Positions 16,744 through 26,698 are shown, counted from the stretch's first letter. The stretch is 40,859 nt of DNA from an uncultured bacterium (GCA_964534375.1 CAZHPN010000035.1:1-40859), one strand, 5' to 3'. The notes: a model not told the origin generated them from the letters alone. Translations and numbers: made by a program.

Positions 16744-18198
16744 ATGGGCGACAGCCGTCCGGCCGACGCGTTGCGCCCGGCCGCAGGGCCGGAGTGGCGC
16801 GGCGCGGTCGCTGTCGCCGCGGTCGCCGTTGCGGTCTACGCCGGCAAGGCGGCCAACGGCCTGCTGCGGTTCGACGACTATCGGTTCATCGTCGAGCGGC
16901 CGTCCGTCCGGTCGTTGCGCCATCTGCCGCAATTTTTCTTCCATGACGTCGAAGGCCTTTACCGTCCGCTGCGCGAGGCGTTGTACACGGTCAGTTACGA
17001 CGGGCTGGGCTTTGGCGCGAACCCGCTCGGCTATCAGCTCGTCGGCCTGGCGTTGCACGCGTTGTGCTGCGCCGCGTTTTATCTGCTGCTGCGCCGGCTG
17101 GCGGTCGAACCGCTGGCAGCCGGCGTCGCCGCCGTCGTCTTCGCGGCGCACCCGGCGCACGTCGAGCGCGTCGCGTGGGTGACGGCGTCGTACGATCTGC
17201 TCGGCGAGGCGTTTCTGCTGTTTGCGTTGGTCGGCCGCGCCGCCGCGCCGCCCGCCGACGGCCGCTTCGTGCGGCACGATTTCCTGTGGCTGACCGCCCT
17301 GGCCGCGGCGCTGTTTTCGTCGGAGTCGGCGGCGATCTTTCCCCTGCTGGCGCTGGCGCTCGACTACGCGCAAACGGCCGCGACCGGCGAGTGGCGGCGG
17401 TGGCCGCGGGTCAAACGCGATCTCGCCGGGCTCGCATTGGTCGCCGTATATTTCGCCTGCCGGTTCGCCGCGCTGGGGCGGCTCGACCGTGGCCGCGAGC
17501 GCCCGGCGCAAGGCTTTCTCGACAATTTGCTGGCGCAGGCGCTGGCCGACGTGCGCTATCTCCACATGTTCGTCGCGCCGTGGAAGGTGAATTTTTATCA
17601 AGTCATCCAGACGGCGAACCTCAGCGCCTACGGGCCCGCGTGGGCGGCGTTGGCGGCGCTCGCCGCGGCGTTGATCTTCGCGTATGTCGTGCGTCGCCGG
17701 GCTCCGCTGGGCGCGTTGGGAGTGTTCTGGTTCTTCGTCTGCCTGCTGCCGACCTCGCAAATCCTCGCGAACCGCAACCTCTTTCAGGAACGCTACGCGT
17801 ACACGGCGTACGGCGGCGTGGCGCTCCTGGTCGGTCTCGCCGCGGCGCCCGTTTGGCGGGCGGCGGGCGGACCTCGCCGGCGCGCGGCGTTGGCCGCGGC
17901 GGGCGCATTTTGTCTGGCGGCGCTCGTCGTGCTGACCAGCGACTACGTGAGCGCGTTCCACGACGATATGCGCCTGTGGACGCGCGTGGCGGCGCGCGAA
18001 CCGAATTCGGAAAAGGCGTTGACCAACCTCGCGGCCTCGTATATGTCGGTGGACAGATTCGACGCGGCCGTGCCCATTTTGCAGCGCGCCCTGCAGCGGA
18101 AACCCGGCTTCGAGCCGGCGCTGCGCGATCTGGCCGAGTGCTTCGCGCGGCTGGGCCGCTTGCCGGAGGCCGCCGAACAACGGACGCCCGCGCCGTAG
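16744..18198 (+). CDS. TMTC-like GT-C glycosyltransferase with C-terminal TPR
   Basis: FDD, YRPL, HPAHVERVAWV and QERYAY motifs, multiple TM segments, TPR tail. Confidence 0.85.
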   Translation: MGDSRPADALRPAAGPEWRGAVAVAAVAVAVYAGKAANGLLRFDDYRFIVERPSVRSLRHLPQFFFHDVEGLYRPLREALYTVSYDGLGFGANPLGYQLVGLALHALCCAAFYLLLRRLAVEPLAAGVAAVVFAAHPAHVERVAWVTASYDLLGEAFLLFALVGRAAAPPADGRFVRHDFLWLTALAAALFSSESAAIFPLLALALDYAQTAATGEWRRWPRVKRDLAGLALVAVYFACRFAALGRLDRGRERPAQGFLDNLLAQALADVRYLHMFVAPWKVNFYQVIQTANLSAYGPAWAALAALAAALIFAYVVRRRAPLGALGVFWFFVCLLPTSQILANRNLFQERYAYTAYGGVALLVGLAAAPVWRAAGGPRRRAALAAAGAFCLAALVVLTSDYVSAFHDDMRLWTRVAAREPNSEKALTNLAASYMSVDRFDAAVPILQRALQRKPGFEPALRDLAECFARLGRLPEAAEQRTPAP

Positions 18199-18223
18199 GC
18201 GAATTCGCCGGGAGTGAACCGGG

Positions 18224-19936
18224 TTGACCGAAATGAATAATCCCGATCCCGGCGGCGCGCCGCGGGCGCGCGCGCGAATGGCGATTGTCTGTTTGCTCGC
18301 CGCGGCGCCGTTCCTGCCCAAACTGTGGAACGGCCTGCTGCAATGGGATGACGAGCGCTTCATCACGCGCTGGAATCTGATTCATTCCATGCGTCATTTC
18401 ACCCAATTCTTCCGGCGCGACATGGACGGCCTGTACCGGCCGCTGCGCACGGCGTTGTACGCGGTGAGTTACGACCTCCTGGGTTTCGCGGACCGGCCGC
18501 TCGGCTATCAAATCGTCGGGTTGGCGCTGCACGCGACCTGCGCCGGTTTGTTTTTTCTCGTCGCGCGGCGGCTGCTGCATAGCGAAACGGCGGCCTTCGC
18601 GGCCGGCGCGCTCTTCGCCGTCCACCCCATTCACGTCGAACGCGTCGCCTGGGTGACCGCCTCGTACGACCTGCTCAGCGACGCCTTGCTGCTCGCCGCG
18701 CTGGCGGCCTTTTGGCGGCCCGAGCCGAGCGGCGAGGGCGCCCCCCGGCGGCCATCGTGGGCGTGGACGGGCTGGTTGCTGCCGGCGCTGTTCGCGGCCG
18801 AAACGGCGGTGGTTTTCCCGTTGCTGGCGGCGGCCGGCGAATTTACGGGCTTGTCGAAAAAGCGCGATCGGCTGCGGCTATGTCTCACCGCGTTCGGACT
18901 CGTCGGCTTTTACCTGACCTGCCGCTGGGCCGTCACCGGCAGCCTGGCTCGCGGCGCGGGGCGGCCCGTCGCCGGCCTCTTGAACAACGTGCTGGCCGTC
19001 GCGTCCGCCTGTTTCCGCTATTTGGAACTTTTCGCGCTGCCCTGGCGGGTCAATTACTTCCAGGTCATCGACCTCGATCATCTGACCCGCCAGTGGACCG
19101 CCTGGGCGGCGCTCGCCGTGCTCGCCGGCATCCTCGCCGCGGCGTTGTGGCTGCGGACCCGCCGGCCGGCGTTCGCTTTCGGGGCGCTCTGGTTTTTTAT
19201 CTGCCTGCTGCCGGCCTCGCAAATCGCCCCGAACGTCAATCTTTGCCAGGAACGCTACGCCTATCTCGCGTTCGGCGGCTTCGCCTTGGCGGTCGGCGCC
19301 GCGTTCGAAGGGCTGTGGCGGCGGGCGCCGGCAGGTTGGGCGCAAGGCGCGTTGGCCGCCGCGGGCGCGCTGTGCGTGGCGGCGTTGACCGTGGCGACGT
19401 GGAGCTACACGAGCGCCTTTCACGACGATCTTAGCCTGTGGACGCGCGTTGTCGGCCACGCGCCGCGGCACGCGGGCGCGCACAACAACCTCGGCGCCGC
19501 GCTGTTGCGGCGCGGCAAGCCCGACGAGGCGCTGCAGGAATTTCGGCGCGCGCGCGAACTCGATCCGGCCTTTTCGCTGCCTCTGAAGAACATCGCCGTT
19601 TGCCTGCGCATTCTCGGCCGGCGCGACGATGCGGTCGCGGCGTACGAACGATATCTCCAAGTCGCGCCGGGCGACCTGGACGCGGCGGCCGATTTCTACC
19701 GCCTCGGCGTCGAACTCGGCGAAAGCCGGCAGGTGATCGACGCGATCGAGGGGCATCTGGCCCACGGCGGCGCGCCGCCGGATTTCTTGTTGATCCTCGC
19801 GCAAGCCCAGCAACGCGAAGGCAACCCGGAGAAGGCGAGGGAGGCGTTGGAACTCTACCGGCAAAGCGCGCCGGAGACGGCGGAATATCGCGCGCTGAAA
19901 CGGGAGTTGGACGCTGGCGGAGCGGCGCCGCGGTGA
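18224..19936 (+). CDS. TMTC-like GT-C glycosyltransferase with C-terminal TPRs (paralog)
   Basis: WDD, YRPL, HPIHVERVAWV, QERYAY, AHNNLG TPRs; clearly similar to the upstream gene. Confidence 0.85.
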   Translation: MTEMNNPDPGGAPRARARMAIVCLLAAAPFLPKLWNGLLQWDDERFITRWNLIHSMRHFTQFFRRDMDGLYRPLRTALYAVSYDLLGFADRPLGYQIVGLALHATCAGLFFLVARRLLHSETAAFAAGALFAVHPIHVERVAWVTASYDLLSDALLLAALAAFWRPEPSGEGAPRRPSWAWTGWLLPALFAAETAVVFPLLAAAGEFTGLSKKRDRLRLCLTAFGLVGFYLTCRWAVTGSLARGAGRPVAGLLNNVLAVASACFRYLELFALPWRVNYFQVIDLDHLTRQWTAWAALAVLAGILAAALWLRTRRPAFAFGALWFFICLLPASQIAPNVNLCQERYAYLAFGGFALAVGAAFEGLWRRAPAGWAQGALAAAGALCVAALTVATWSYTSAFHDDLSLWTRVVGHAPRHAGAHNNLGAALLRRGKPDEALQEFRRARELDPAFSLPLKNIAVCLRILGRRDDAVAAYERYLQVAPGDLDAAADFYRLGVELGESRQVIDAIEGHLAHGGAPPDFLLILAQAQQREGNPEKAREALELYRQSAPETAEYRALKRELDAGGAAPR

Positions 19937-19946
19937 TTCACGACGC

Positions 19947-19989
19947 TTGTGGACGCTTGCTTGGGATCGTTATAATAACGAATGCGTTA
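19947..19989 (+). promoter_or_regulatory. promoter and palindromic operator candidate for the MNT gene
   Basis: TTGTGG-N18-TATAAT (19971-19976) followed by palindrome taacg-aatg-cgtta. Confidence 0.45.
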
Positions 19990-20005
19990 AAAGGGGCAGG
20001 CGGAC

Positions 20006-20320
20006 GTGGAACGAAATATTTTCTTGGCCGAGGTGAAACAACGGCTGGCGACGGCTTTCGGTCCGCGGCTGAAAGGGGTCGTGTTGTATGGGTCGGAGGC
20101 CCGCGGCGATGCGGAGGCCGATAGCGACGTCGACCTGATGGTCCTCTTGGAAGGCCCGGTCGCGATCCCCGAGGACGTCTGGGCCGTGGTCGATGCCGTT
20201 TATCCGGTGCAGCGGAAATTTCCGCGCGCGATTCACGCCTCGCCGATCGATTTCGCCATGTATCGCGCGGGCGAGTATGCGATCTATCACGAGGCGCAGC
20301 GCGAACGAATCATGCTGTGA
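20006..20320 (+). CDS. minimal nucleotidyltransferase (MNT, MntA-like antitoxin)
   Basis: LYGSEARGDAEADSDVDLMV = GS-x10-DxD motif; 104 aa. Confidence 0.9.
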   Translation: MERNIFLAEVKQRLATAFGPRLKGVVLYGSEARGDAEADSDVDLMVLLEGPVAIPEDVWAVVDAVYPVQRKFPRAIHASPIDFAMYRAGEYAIYHEAQRERIML

Positions 20321-20363
20321 TTGAAGAGCACAGCGATTTGCGGTGGCGGGCGCGCGGAAAAAA

Positions 20364-21791
20364 ATGAACAGAGCGCTGCTGCGCAAATCGCTGATCCTGG
20401 CCTTCCTGACCGCGATTCTGCTTCCGTCGGCGTATCTGCTCTACGACCGCAATCTCATCCCCGGATGCCGCCATGTCAGAATTCTCGAAACGCCGCCGAA
20501 AAAGGCGCCGCGCCTCGAACGCAACCTGACGCGCGCGCAACGCGTGCGGAACTTTGAACTGCTGTGGCAAGCGATCGACCGGTGGTACGGCTGTTTTCTC
20601 ATCAAGCAAATCGACTGGAACGAGGTCCATTGCCGCTATCGCCCGTTGGCCGAAAATGCGGCGGGCGACGAGTTCTACCTGACGCTGACGCACATGATTC
20701 GCGAATTGCGGGACAGCCATTCCTACCCAATCAACTACGACGATCCGGCGGCGCTGGATTGGGCGGCGCCGGCGATCGAGGTGCGCCGGATCGAAGGCCG
20801 CGCCGTCGTGGCGCGGGTGATAACCACTTCCGACGCCGCGGCGCAGGGCGTGCGGCCGGGCTCGGTCATTGCGGACGTCGACGGCGTTCCGGTGGCGGAG
20901 AAGATTGAGGAGCTGCGTTCGCGGCTGCCCGTGCGCAGTTCCGAGCGCGCCTTTTTGGACGCGGCGCACAAGCGGCTGCTGAGCGGCGAGAACGGCACGA
21001 CCGTGACGATGCGCTTCGTCCCGCCGGGCGGTTCGCTGCAAACGGCCACGCTGATTCGTTCGAAAAACCGCGAGCTGTTGACCCCGGCGCGGCCGGGATT
21101 TCCCACGGCCGGCGACGAGACGATCTGGTTTGGGCGGACCCCGTCGGGCGTGGGATATCTGCGCCTCGTGGCGTTCCACGGCCGCGAGCGCCTGGCCGCG
21201 AAATTCGACGAGGCGCTCGAACGACTGCGCGACGCGCCGGGGCTAATCGTCGACATTCGGGACAACCCCGGCGGGTACGGCACGCGCCAGCCGCAGATGA
21301 TCGGCCGGTTTCTGACCGCGCGCCGCGATTTTTGCCGCCTGTTCCGCCGCAACGGCCCCGCCCACGACGCCTTCGAAGAAAAACAATCCGGCTTTGTCCT
21401 GCCGTCCGGACCGTGGACCTACACGCGACCGGTGGCGCTGCTGCTCAACGAGGGCGCGGGCAGCGCCGCCGATTTGTTCGCGGCCTCGTTCATCGGCACG
21501 GGCCGGCCGATCACGATCGGCGCGACCACGCACGGGAATCTGGCCGGCGACGGCGTCAACATCGTGCTGCCGTGCGGTTTCGCCGCGCGCATTTCGGACG
21601 GCTACGTCGCCGACGCCGCGGGCCGCATCATCGAGGTCAATGGCAACGATCCGCAGATCAAGGCGGAATTGACGATCGCGGATATCATCAATGGCCGCGA
21701 CTCGGTCATCGACCGCGCGTGCGAAGAGATATTGACGCAGGCCGAGTTGCAACGGACGGCGACCGTGGTCGCCCGGCCGGCGGCGCGATAA
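20364..21791 (+). CDS. S41-family (tail-specific/tricorn-like) peptidase with PDZ domain
   Basis: N-terminal anchor, ELRDSH, PDZ-like segment, IVDIRDNPGG, GSAAD (catalytic Ser), IGATTHG; 475 aa. Confidence 0.88.
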   Translation: MNRALLRKSLILAFLTAILLPSAYLLYDRNLIPGCRHVRILETPPKKAPRLERNLTRAQRVRNFELLWQAIDRWYGCFLIKQIDWNEVHCRYRPLAENAAGDEFYLTLTHMIRELRDSHSYPINYDDPAALDWAAPAIEVRRIEGRAVVARVITTSDAAAQGVRPGSVIADVDGVPVAEKIEELRSRLPVRSSERAFLDAAHKRLLSGENGTTVTMRFVPPGGSLQTATLIRSKNRELLTPARPGFPTAGDETIWFGRTPSGVGYLRLVAFHGRERLAAKFDEALERLRDAPGLIVDIRDNPGGYGTRQPQMIGRFLTARRDFCRLFRRNGPAHDAFEEKQSGFVLPSGPWTYTRPVALLLNEGAGSAADLFAASFIGTGRPITIGATTHGNLAGDGVNIVLPCGFAARISDGYVADAAGRIIEVNGNDPQIKAELTIADIINGRDSVIDRACEEILTQAELQRTATVVARPAAR

Positions 21792-21801
21792 TCGGCTGGC
21801 G

Positions 21802-23166
21802 CTAGCCGCGAACCCGGAACCGAACCTGCAACGTCTCTTCCGCGAGCCGCCGCACCGCCGCGAGATCGACGCCCGGGACATTGACCGCGGTCGCGGTCAC
21901 TTCGGGCACGACGAGCCGCGCCTGCGCGATAAACTCGCAGACGGCCGGAAACGCGGCGTCGCCGAAGCTCGGCCGGCAGAGCGCCCGGTAGGATGCGGCG
22001 TCGGGCGCGTTGAGGCTGACGCTGACGGCGTCGATTTTCCCGCGCATCTCGGGCGCAACCGCACGGCCGTGGATCAAATTCGCGAGGCCGTTGGTGTTCA
22101 GGCGAATGCGTTTCGCGCCGCGATTTTTCAATTCCGCCGCGGTTTCAAGCACGGTTTGCCAGCGCAGCGTCGGTTCGCCAAAGCCGCAGAAAACGACCTC
22201 CGGCCAGCGCGACGGATCCCCGGCGGCGGCGACGAGTTGCGCCGCGTCCGGCTCCTCCGCGCGCGGCAAATAGAGATAGTGGCCGCCCAAGACGAAGCCC
22301 GGCGCTTTCGCGCAGAACGGGCAGCCGTTGACGCAGCGGCTGGTCGGATTGAGGTAAAGCGCGCCCTTGTGTTCGTAGGCGATTTCGCCGCGGCGGCCGG
22401 CGTGCTCGAAGCGAAAGAGCGCGTAGGCGTTGGCCGCCGTTTGCGCGGCGAGTTCCTCGACCGGCAGGGCGAGCACGGCGGCGGCTTGCTCCGCGACGTG
22501 CCGCACGTACGCCGGCTCGTTGCGTTGACCCCGGTGCGGCTGCGGCGTCAGAAACGGCGCGTCGGTTTCGACCAGCACGCGGTCGAGCGGGCAGGCGCGC
22601 AGCACGCGGTGGGCCTTCATCTTTTCGTGGAAGGTGATATTGCCCGTGAAGCTGACGTAGAAGCCCAGCGCCATGACCTCCGCGGCCATTTTTTCGTCGC
22701 CCGCGAAACAGTGAAACACGCCGCGATAGGCGTCGCCTTCGTCGCGCAAGATCGCCAGCGTCTCGGCGTGCGCGTCGCGATCGTGAATGATCAGCGGCAG
22801 GTCGAGTTCGCGCGCCAGGCGAAGCTGCCGGCGAAAGGCGGCGACCTGCGCCTCGCGCGGGCTGTAATTCTTGAAAAAATCGAGCCCGATCTCCCCGAGC
22901 GCGACGACCTTCGGGCCGCGCAGCAACTCGGCCAGCTCGACGTACGAGTTCTCGTCGGCGTCCTTGGCGTCGTGCGGATGAACGCCGGCCGCCGCGTAAA
23001 CGTTGGCGTAGCGCTCGGCAATCTGCAACGCCACGCGCGCCGACGCGACGTTCGTGCCGACCGTCAGGATGCGGCCCACGCCGGCGGCCGCCGCGCGCGC
23101 CACGACCTCGTCGCGGTCGGCGTCGAAGGAATCCCACTCCAAATGGCAATGCGAATCGACGAGCAT
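21802..23166 (-). CDS. tatD: TatD-family hydrolase fused to a TatD-associated radical SAM domain
   Basis: DSHCH, GEIGLD, IIHDRDA, FHCF, ETDAP, then LYLN..CVNGCPFC (CxxxCxxC), VFCGFGEPT, RLNTNG; 454 aa. Confidence 0.92.
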   Translation of the reverse strand: MLVDSHCHLEWDSFDADRDEVVARAAAAGVGRILTVGTNVASARVALQIAERYANVYAAAGVHPHDAKDADENSYVELAELLRGPKVVALGEIGLDFFKNYSPREAQVAAFRRQLRLARELDLPLIIHDRDAHAETLAILRDEGDAYRGVFHCFAGDEKMAAEVMALGFYVSFTGNITFHEKMKAHRVLRACPLDRVLVETDAPFLTPQPHRGQRNEPAYVRHVAEQAAAVLALPVEELAAQTAANAYALFRFEHAGRRGEIAYEHKGALYLNPTSRCVNGCPFCAKAPGFVLGGHYLYLPRAEEPDAAQLVAAAGDPSRWPEVVFCGFGEPTLRWQTVLETAAELKNRGAKRIRLNTNGLANLIHGRAVAPEMRGKIDAVSVSLNAPDAASYRALCRPSFGDAAFPAVCEFIAQARLVVPEVTATAVNVPGVDLAAVRRLAEETLQVRFRVRG

Positions 23167-23183
23167 GAAGTTCGCCCCAGGCG

Positions 23184-24671
23184 CTACGACGCTGGCGCGG
23201 CGTCGGCGGTTTTCCGTTGGAAGAGCAGGCCGTCGACGCTCCCCGTCGGCCGGAAAAAATCGGTCACGCCGTACGCGCCGGCGAACGCCGGATCCAGAAT
23301 GAACCGCCGCGCGATTTCGTCGACGAAGTTGAATTTCACCTGGCGGTTCGGTTCGAGTTCCGCGTCCGCCCAGAAATATACCCATTCCGGCCGCCGCGAC
23401 AACGAGTAGGGAATGTCGAATTTCTGGTGCCCGCGCACGTGAATGTCCGGATTCGGCGGCAGGTGCGCGATATGGCGGTCCGTGACGCCCAACAGGTCGT
23501 GTACGGCGACGTCCGGATTGAAAAAACCGACCGCGCCGATGTACATCACCGCGACCGTCTCGCCGGGCGGCACGCGTTGCGCGAGCCAGCGCGCCGAATC
23601 GACGAACCGCCGGTTCGCCTCGATGAACATGGCCGCGTTCTGCTGCAGATAAAGCACGCTCGCCGCCAGCGCGACCACGGTCAATGCCGCGAGTGCGGCG
23701 CGCGGCAGCCGCGGCGCGGCCGCGTACGCGAGAATCGGCGCGGCGGGCGCCAGATAGCGGAACGTCAGGCGGTCGTCGCCGCCGACCGCGGCGAGGATGA
23801 GCAGCAGCAGCGCCAGCGCCGGCGGCAGCCAGTCGCCGTCGCGCCGCCACGCGCGCCAGACGCCGACGAGCAGCAACACGGGCAGGGCCGGCAGATAACG
23901 CAACAAACTGGAAAAATAGGGGACAAACGACTCGCGCAGCAACTCCCACGAGGGCGTTTTTACGTAGAACGTGTTGGGCAGCAGATCGCCGAAATAAAAC
24001 CACCGAAAGATGAGGTAGGCGGCGCACGGGCCAAGCGCGATGGCGACGTTCGTCGCCGAAATGCGGCGTTCGCGGCGGATTTGGTCGACGAGCGCCACGA
24101 CGACGAGCAGCGCGCCCTCGGGCCGCGTCAGGCCGACCAGCGCCAGACCGATCGCCGCCCCGCGAAAGTCGGACGCGAGCTGGCGCCGCACCGCGAAAAG
24201 GAGCGCGGCCATCAGCAGGCCGGTTTCCAGACCGTTGCCCGCGGCGAGCGCGATGGGCGCGCTGACGAGCAAGAGCAGCGGCCCGGGAAAACGTTTCTCC
24301 GGATCGGCCGTCAAGAACAGGATCCCGAGCCAGCACACGCCGCCCAGAACCGTCGCGGCCATCATCGGCGGCGCCTTGTACATGTGCGCCAGCGACAACA
24401 GGAAGAGCCACAGCGGGCTGGAGTAGCCTTCGACAAATTCGCCGCGATTGAACGCCAGGCCCCAGCCGCGCACGAGGTTGACGGCGTAGCGGCCAAAAAT
24501 AAACGCGTCGTCGCCGTATCCGAGCCACGTGGCGAAGACGATTTGCCCTAACCCGAGAACGACGATCAGCAGCAGAACGGTTTCACGCCAGTTGACCGGC
24601 GACCGCCGCGCGGCCGGGGTCGCGTGCGGGTTGTCGAGCGTTTGCGGCATGGGCGAAGACCCGTTCGTCAT
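23184..24671 (-). CDS. polytopic GT-C-type glycosyltransferase (AftB-like DDAFI family)
   Basis: DDAFIFGRYAVNL..G..FN.GE.VEGYSSPLW, GLET, LTRPEG, YFGDLLPNTFYVK; start uncertain. Confidence 0.75.
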   Translation of the reverse strand: MTNGSSPMPQTLDNPHATPAARRSPVNWRETVLLLIVVLGLGQIVFATWLGYGDDAFIFGRYAVNLVRGWGLAFNRGEFVEGYSSPLWLFLLSLAHMYKAPPMMAATVLGGVCWLGILFLTADPEKRFPGPLLLLVSAPIALAAGNGLETGLLMAALLFAVRRQLASDFRGAAIGLALVGLTRPEGALLVVVALVDQIRRERRISATNVAIALGPCAAYLIFRWFYFGDLLPNTFYVKTPSWELLRESFVPYFSSLLRYLPALPVLLLVGVWRAWRRDGDWLPPALALLLLILAAVGGDDRLTFRYLAPAAPILAYAAAPRLPRAALAALTVVALAASVLYLQQNAAMFIEANRRFVDSARWLAQRVPPGETVAVMYIGAVGFFNPDVAVHDLLGVTDRHIAHLPPNPDIHVRGHQKFDIPYSLSRRPEWVYFWADAELEPNRQVKFNFVDEIARRFILDPAFAGAYGVTDFFRPTGSVDGLLFQRKTADAAPAS

Positions 24672-24834
24672 TGCGTCAAATGCGCCTTTGTTTTGCGGCC
24701 TGGCGGCGAGCGCGAGACACTCGTTAACTATATATGCGGCATTTCGGCGAAGATTCAAGGGCCGCGCCAAAACGCGGGCGGCGCAAAAAGTTTGCGCGGC
24801 TCTGGCCTGCCCGGTTATTCGTTCTTAATATTGC

Positions 24835-24900
24835 TTGACGCACGCGAGGGAACAGGGTTATAAGAGCGCTGGCTATTAAGTAATGGCATTTATTCTCAAT
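24835..24900 (+). promoter_or_regulatory. sigma70 promoter and Fur/PerR-box candidate
   Basis: TTGACG-N18-TATAAG; AT-rich aatggcatt-t-attctcaat (24882-24900) with a Fur-type half-site ATTCTCAAT. Confidence 0.55.
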
Positions 24901-24914
24901 AAGAAGAAACCATC

Positions 24915-25361
24915 ATGTTGCAAGAGTCGACGCGACGCTTTCGTATGACCCGCCAGCGCGACGTAATTCTCCGCGTGCTGCGCAATCTGCAATCTCACCC
25001 AACCGCGGACGAGTTGTACCACGCGGTGCGCAAGCAAGTGCCGCGCATCAGCCTGGGCACGGTCTACCGCAACCTCGATGTGTTGTGCGAGCAGGGCCTC
25101 GCGTGCCGGCTGGAAATCGGCGGCGGCCAGCGGCGGTATGACGCCGGGATGTGCCCGCACCTGCACGGCCGTTGCGTGCGCTGCGACAACGTGATCGATC
25201 TGCCGGCGGAAACCGCGCCGCCGGTGGAGATCAAGCTGCCCGACGATTTGGGCTTCCAGTTGACCGAATACCGGCTGGAGCTTTTCGGCATCTGCCGTTC
25301 GTGCCAGGAAGAGGCCGCGCACGCCGAAAACAAGAATCGCCGGCGGCTGTCGACGAACTAA
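24915..25361 (+). CDS. perR: Fur-family peroxide regulator (PerR-like)
   Basis: HPTADELY, SLGTVYRNL, HLH..CxxC, C-terminal CxxC; heads the rbr/SOR operon. Confidence 0.85.
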   Translation: MLQESTRRFRMTRQRDVILRVLRNLQSHPTADELYHAVRKQVPRISLGTVYRNLDVLCEQGLACRLEIGGGQRRYDAGMCPHLHGRCVRCDNVIDLPAETAPPVEIKLPDDLGFQLTEYRLELFGICRSCQEEAAHAENKNRRRLSTN

Positions 25362-25413
25362 CTCGGCGGAGATCGTCGCTGATTTCCGCCCGTCCATAAA
25401 TGAAGGAGGAACC

Positions 25414-25989
25414 ATGGCCGCTTTGAAAGGTACGCAAACCGAAAAGAACCTGATCACCGCTTTTGCGGGCGAGTCGCAAGCGCGCAACCGGTATTCCTAT
25501 GCCGCGGAGAAAGCCAAGAAAGAGGGCTTTGTCCAAATTTCGCAAATCTTCGAAGAAACCGCCAACCAGGAACGCGAACACGCCAAGCGCTTCTTCTCGT
25601 TTCTCGAAGGCGGCGACACGATGGTCGAAGCGGCGTTCCCCGCGGGCGTCATCGGCAGCGTGAAGGAGAATCTCGCGGCGGCGGCCGGCGGCGAACATCA
25701 CGAGTGGTCGGAAATGTATCCGGGCTTTGCGAAAATCGCCCGGGAAGAAGGCTTCGCCGACGTGGCGATGGTCTTCGAGCTGGTCTCCGTCGCCGAAAAA
25801 CAGCACGAAAAACGCTATCGCGACCTGCTGGGCAACCTGGAAAAGGGCCAGGTGTTCAAACGCCCGGCCAAGGTCAAATGGCGTTGCATCAATTGCGGTT
25901 ACGTCCACGAAGGCGTGGAAGCGCCCCAGAAATGCCCCGCCTGCCAACACGCGCAGGCCTATTTCGAACTCCTCGGCGAGAATTGGTGA
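25414..25989 (+). CDS. rbr: rubrerythrin
   Basis: AFAGESQARNRY, EREH, EKQH, C-terminal WRCINCGY..CPAC. Confidence 0.97.
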   Translation: MAALKGTQTEKNLITAFAGESQARNRYSYAAEKAKKEGFVQISQIFEETANQEREHAKRFFSFLEGGDTMVEAAFPAGVIGSVKENLAAAAGGEHHEWSEMYPGFAKIAREEGFADVAMVFELVSVAEKQHEKRYRDLLGNLEKGQVFKRPAKVKWRCINCGYVHEGVEAPQKCPACQHAQAYFELLGENW

Positions 25990-26002
25990 CGGGCGGCCGG
26001 CC

Positions 26003-26488
26003 GTGAACGCGCCCGCGCTCGATCTGGCCGCGGCGATCGACCTGGCGATGCAGGCCGAACGTGAGGCGGAAGAGTTTTACGCCGCCGCGGCGCAGGCGAC
26101 GACCGAACCGCGCGGCCGCGACATGTTCGAAAAGCTGGCGCAATTCGAGCGCCATCATTTTACGAGCCTGCAGCGGCTGCGCGAATCGCTGGGGCAGGGC
26201 GCGTTCGCCGGCTACGCGGGCGCCGGCTTGCTGCCGGAACAGCCGGCGGCGCCGGCGCGGCCTCTCGACGACGGGCAGCGGCAGAACGATCTCGAGGCGC
26301 TGACCGGCGCGATCGACGCCGAAACGAAAGCGCAGGCGATGTATCGCGAACTCGCCGCGCAGGCGCTCGACGCGCCGGTGCGGCGCATGTTCGAGAAGCT
26401 GGCCGAGGAAGAAGAATTGCATCGCAAAGTGCTCGAAGACCAATTCTACGCCCTGACGAATCAGGGCCGCTGGATCTGGGGCGATTAG
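26003..26488 (+). CDS. ferritin-like (rubrerythrin di-iron domain) protein
   Basis: Duplicated E-x6-Y..E-x2-H motifs (EREAEEFY..ERHH; ETKAQAMY..EELH); GTG start. Confidence 0.85.
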   Translation: MNAPALDLAAAIDLAMQAEREAEEFYAAAAQATTEPRGRDMFEKLAQFERHHFTSLQRLRESLGQGAFAGYAGAGLLPEQPAAPARPLDDGQRQNDLEALTGAIDAETKAQAMYRELAAQALDAPVRRMFEKLAEEEELHRKVLEDQFYALTNQGRWIWGD

Positions 26489-26539
26489 TTCGAGGCTGCG
26501 ACGAAAAGCCAACGTTTTTTGCAAAAGGAGAGTTACGCA

Positions 26540-26698
26540 ATGAAGTACGAGTGCATGGTGTGCGGTTACGTGTACGATCCGGAAAAGGGCGACGTGGAGA
26601 ACGGCGTGGCGGCCGGCACGCCCTTCGACAAGCTGGGCGCCGAATGGGTTTGCCCCGTCTGCGGCGCCGGGAAAGACCAATTCGAGCCGAATTCCTGA
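26540..26698 (+). CDS. rub: rubredoxin (52 aa; absent from the ORF track)
   Basis: [31 protein letters not shown] with two CxxC motifs; AAGGAG RBS. Confidence 0.97.
   Translation: MKYECMVCGYVYDPEKGDVENGVAAGTPFDKLGAEWVCPVCGAGKDQFEPNS

Noticed and set aside
15826..18366. 846-aa minus-strand ORF, and similar ones at 26160-27731, 28897-30483 and 30360-32153
   Set aside because: Antisense to genes with clear family motifs
23167..24528. N-terminal 454 aa of the 908-aa TatD ORF
   Set aside because: Off-frame overlap with the GT-C gene; TatD starts at MLVDSHCH (23166)
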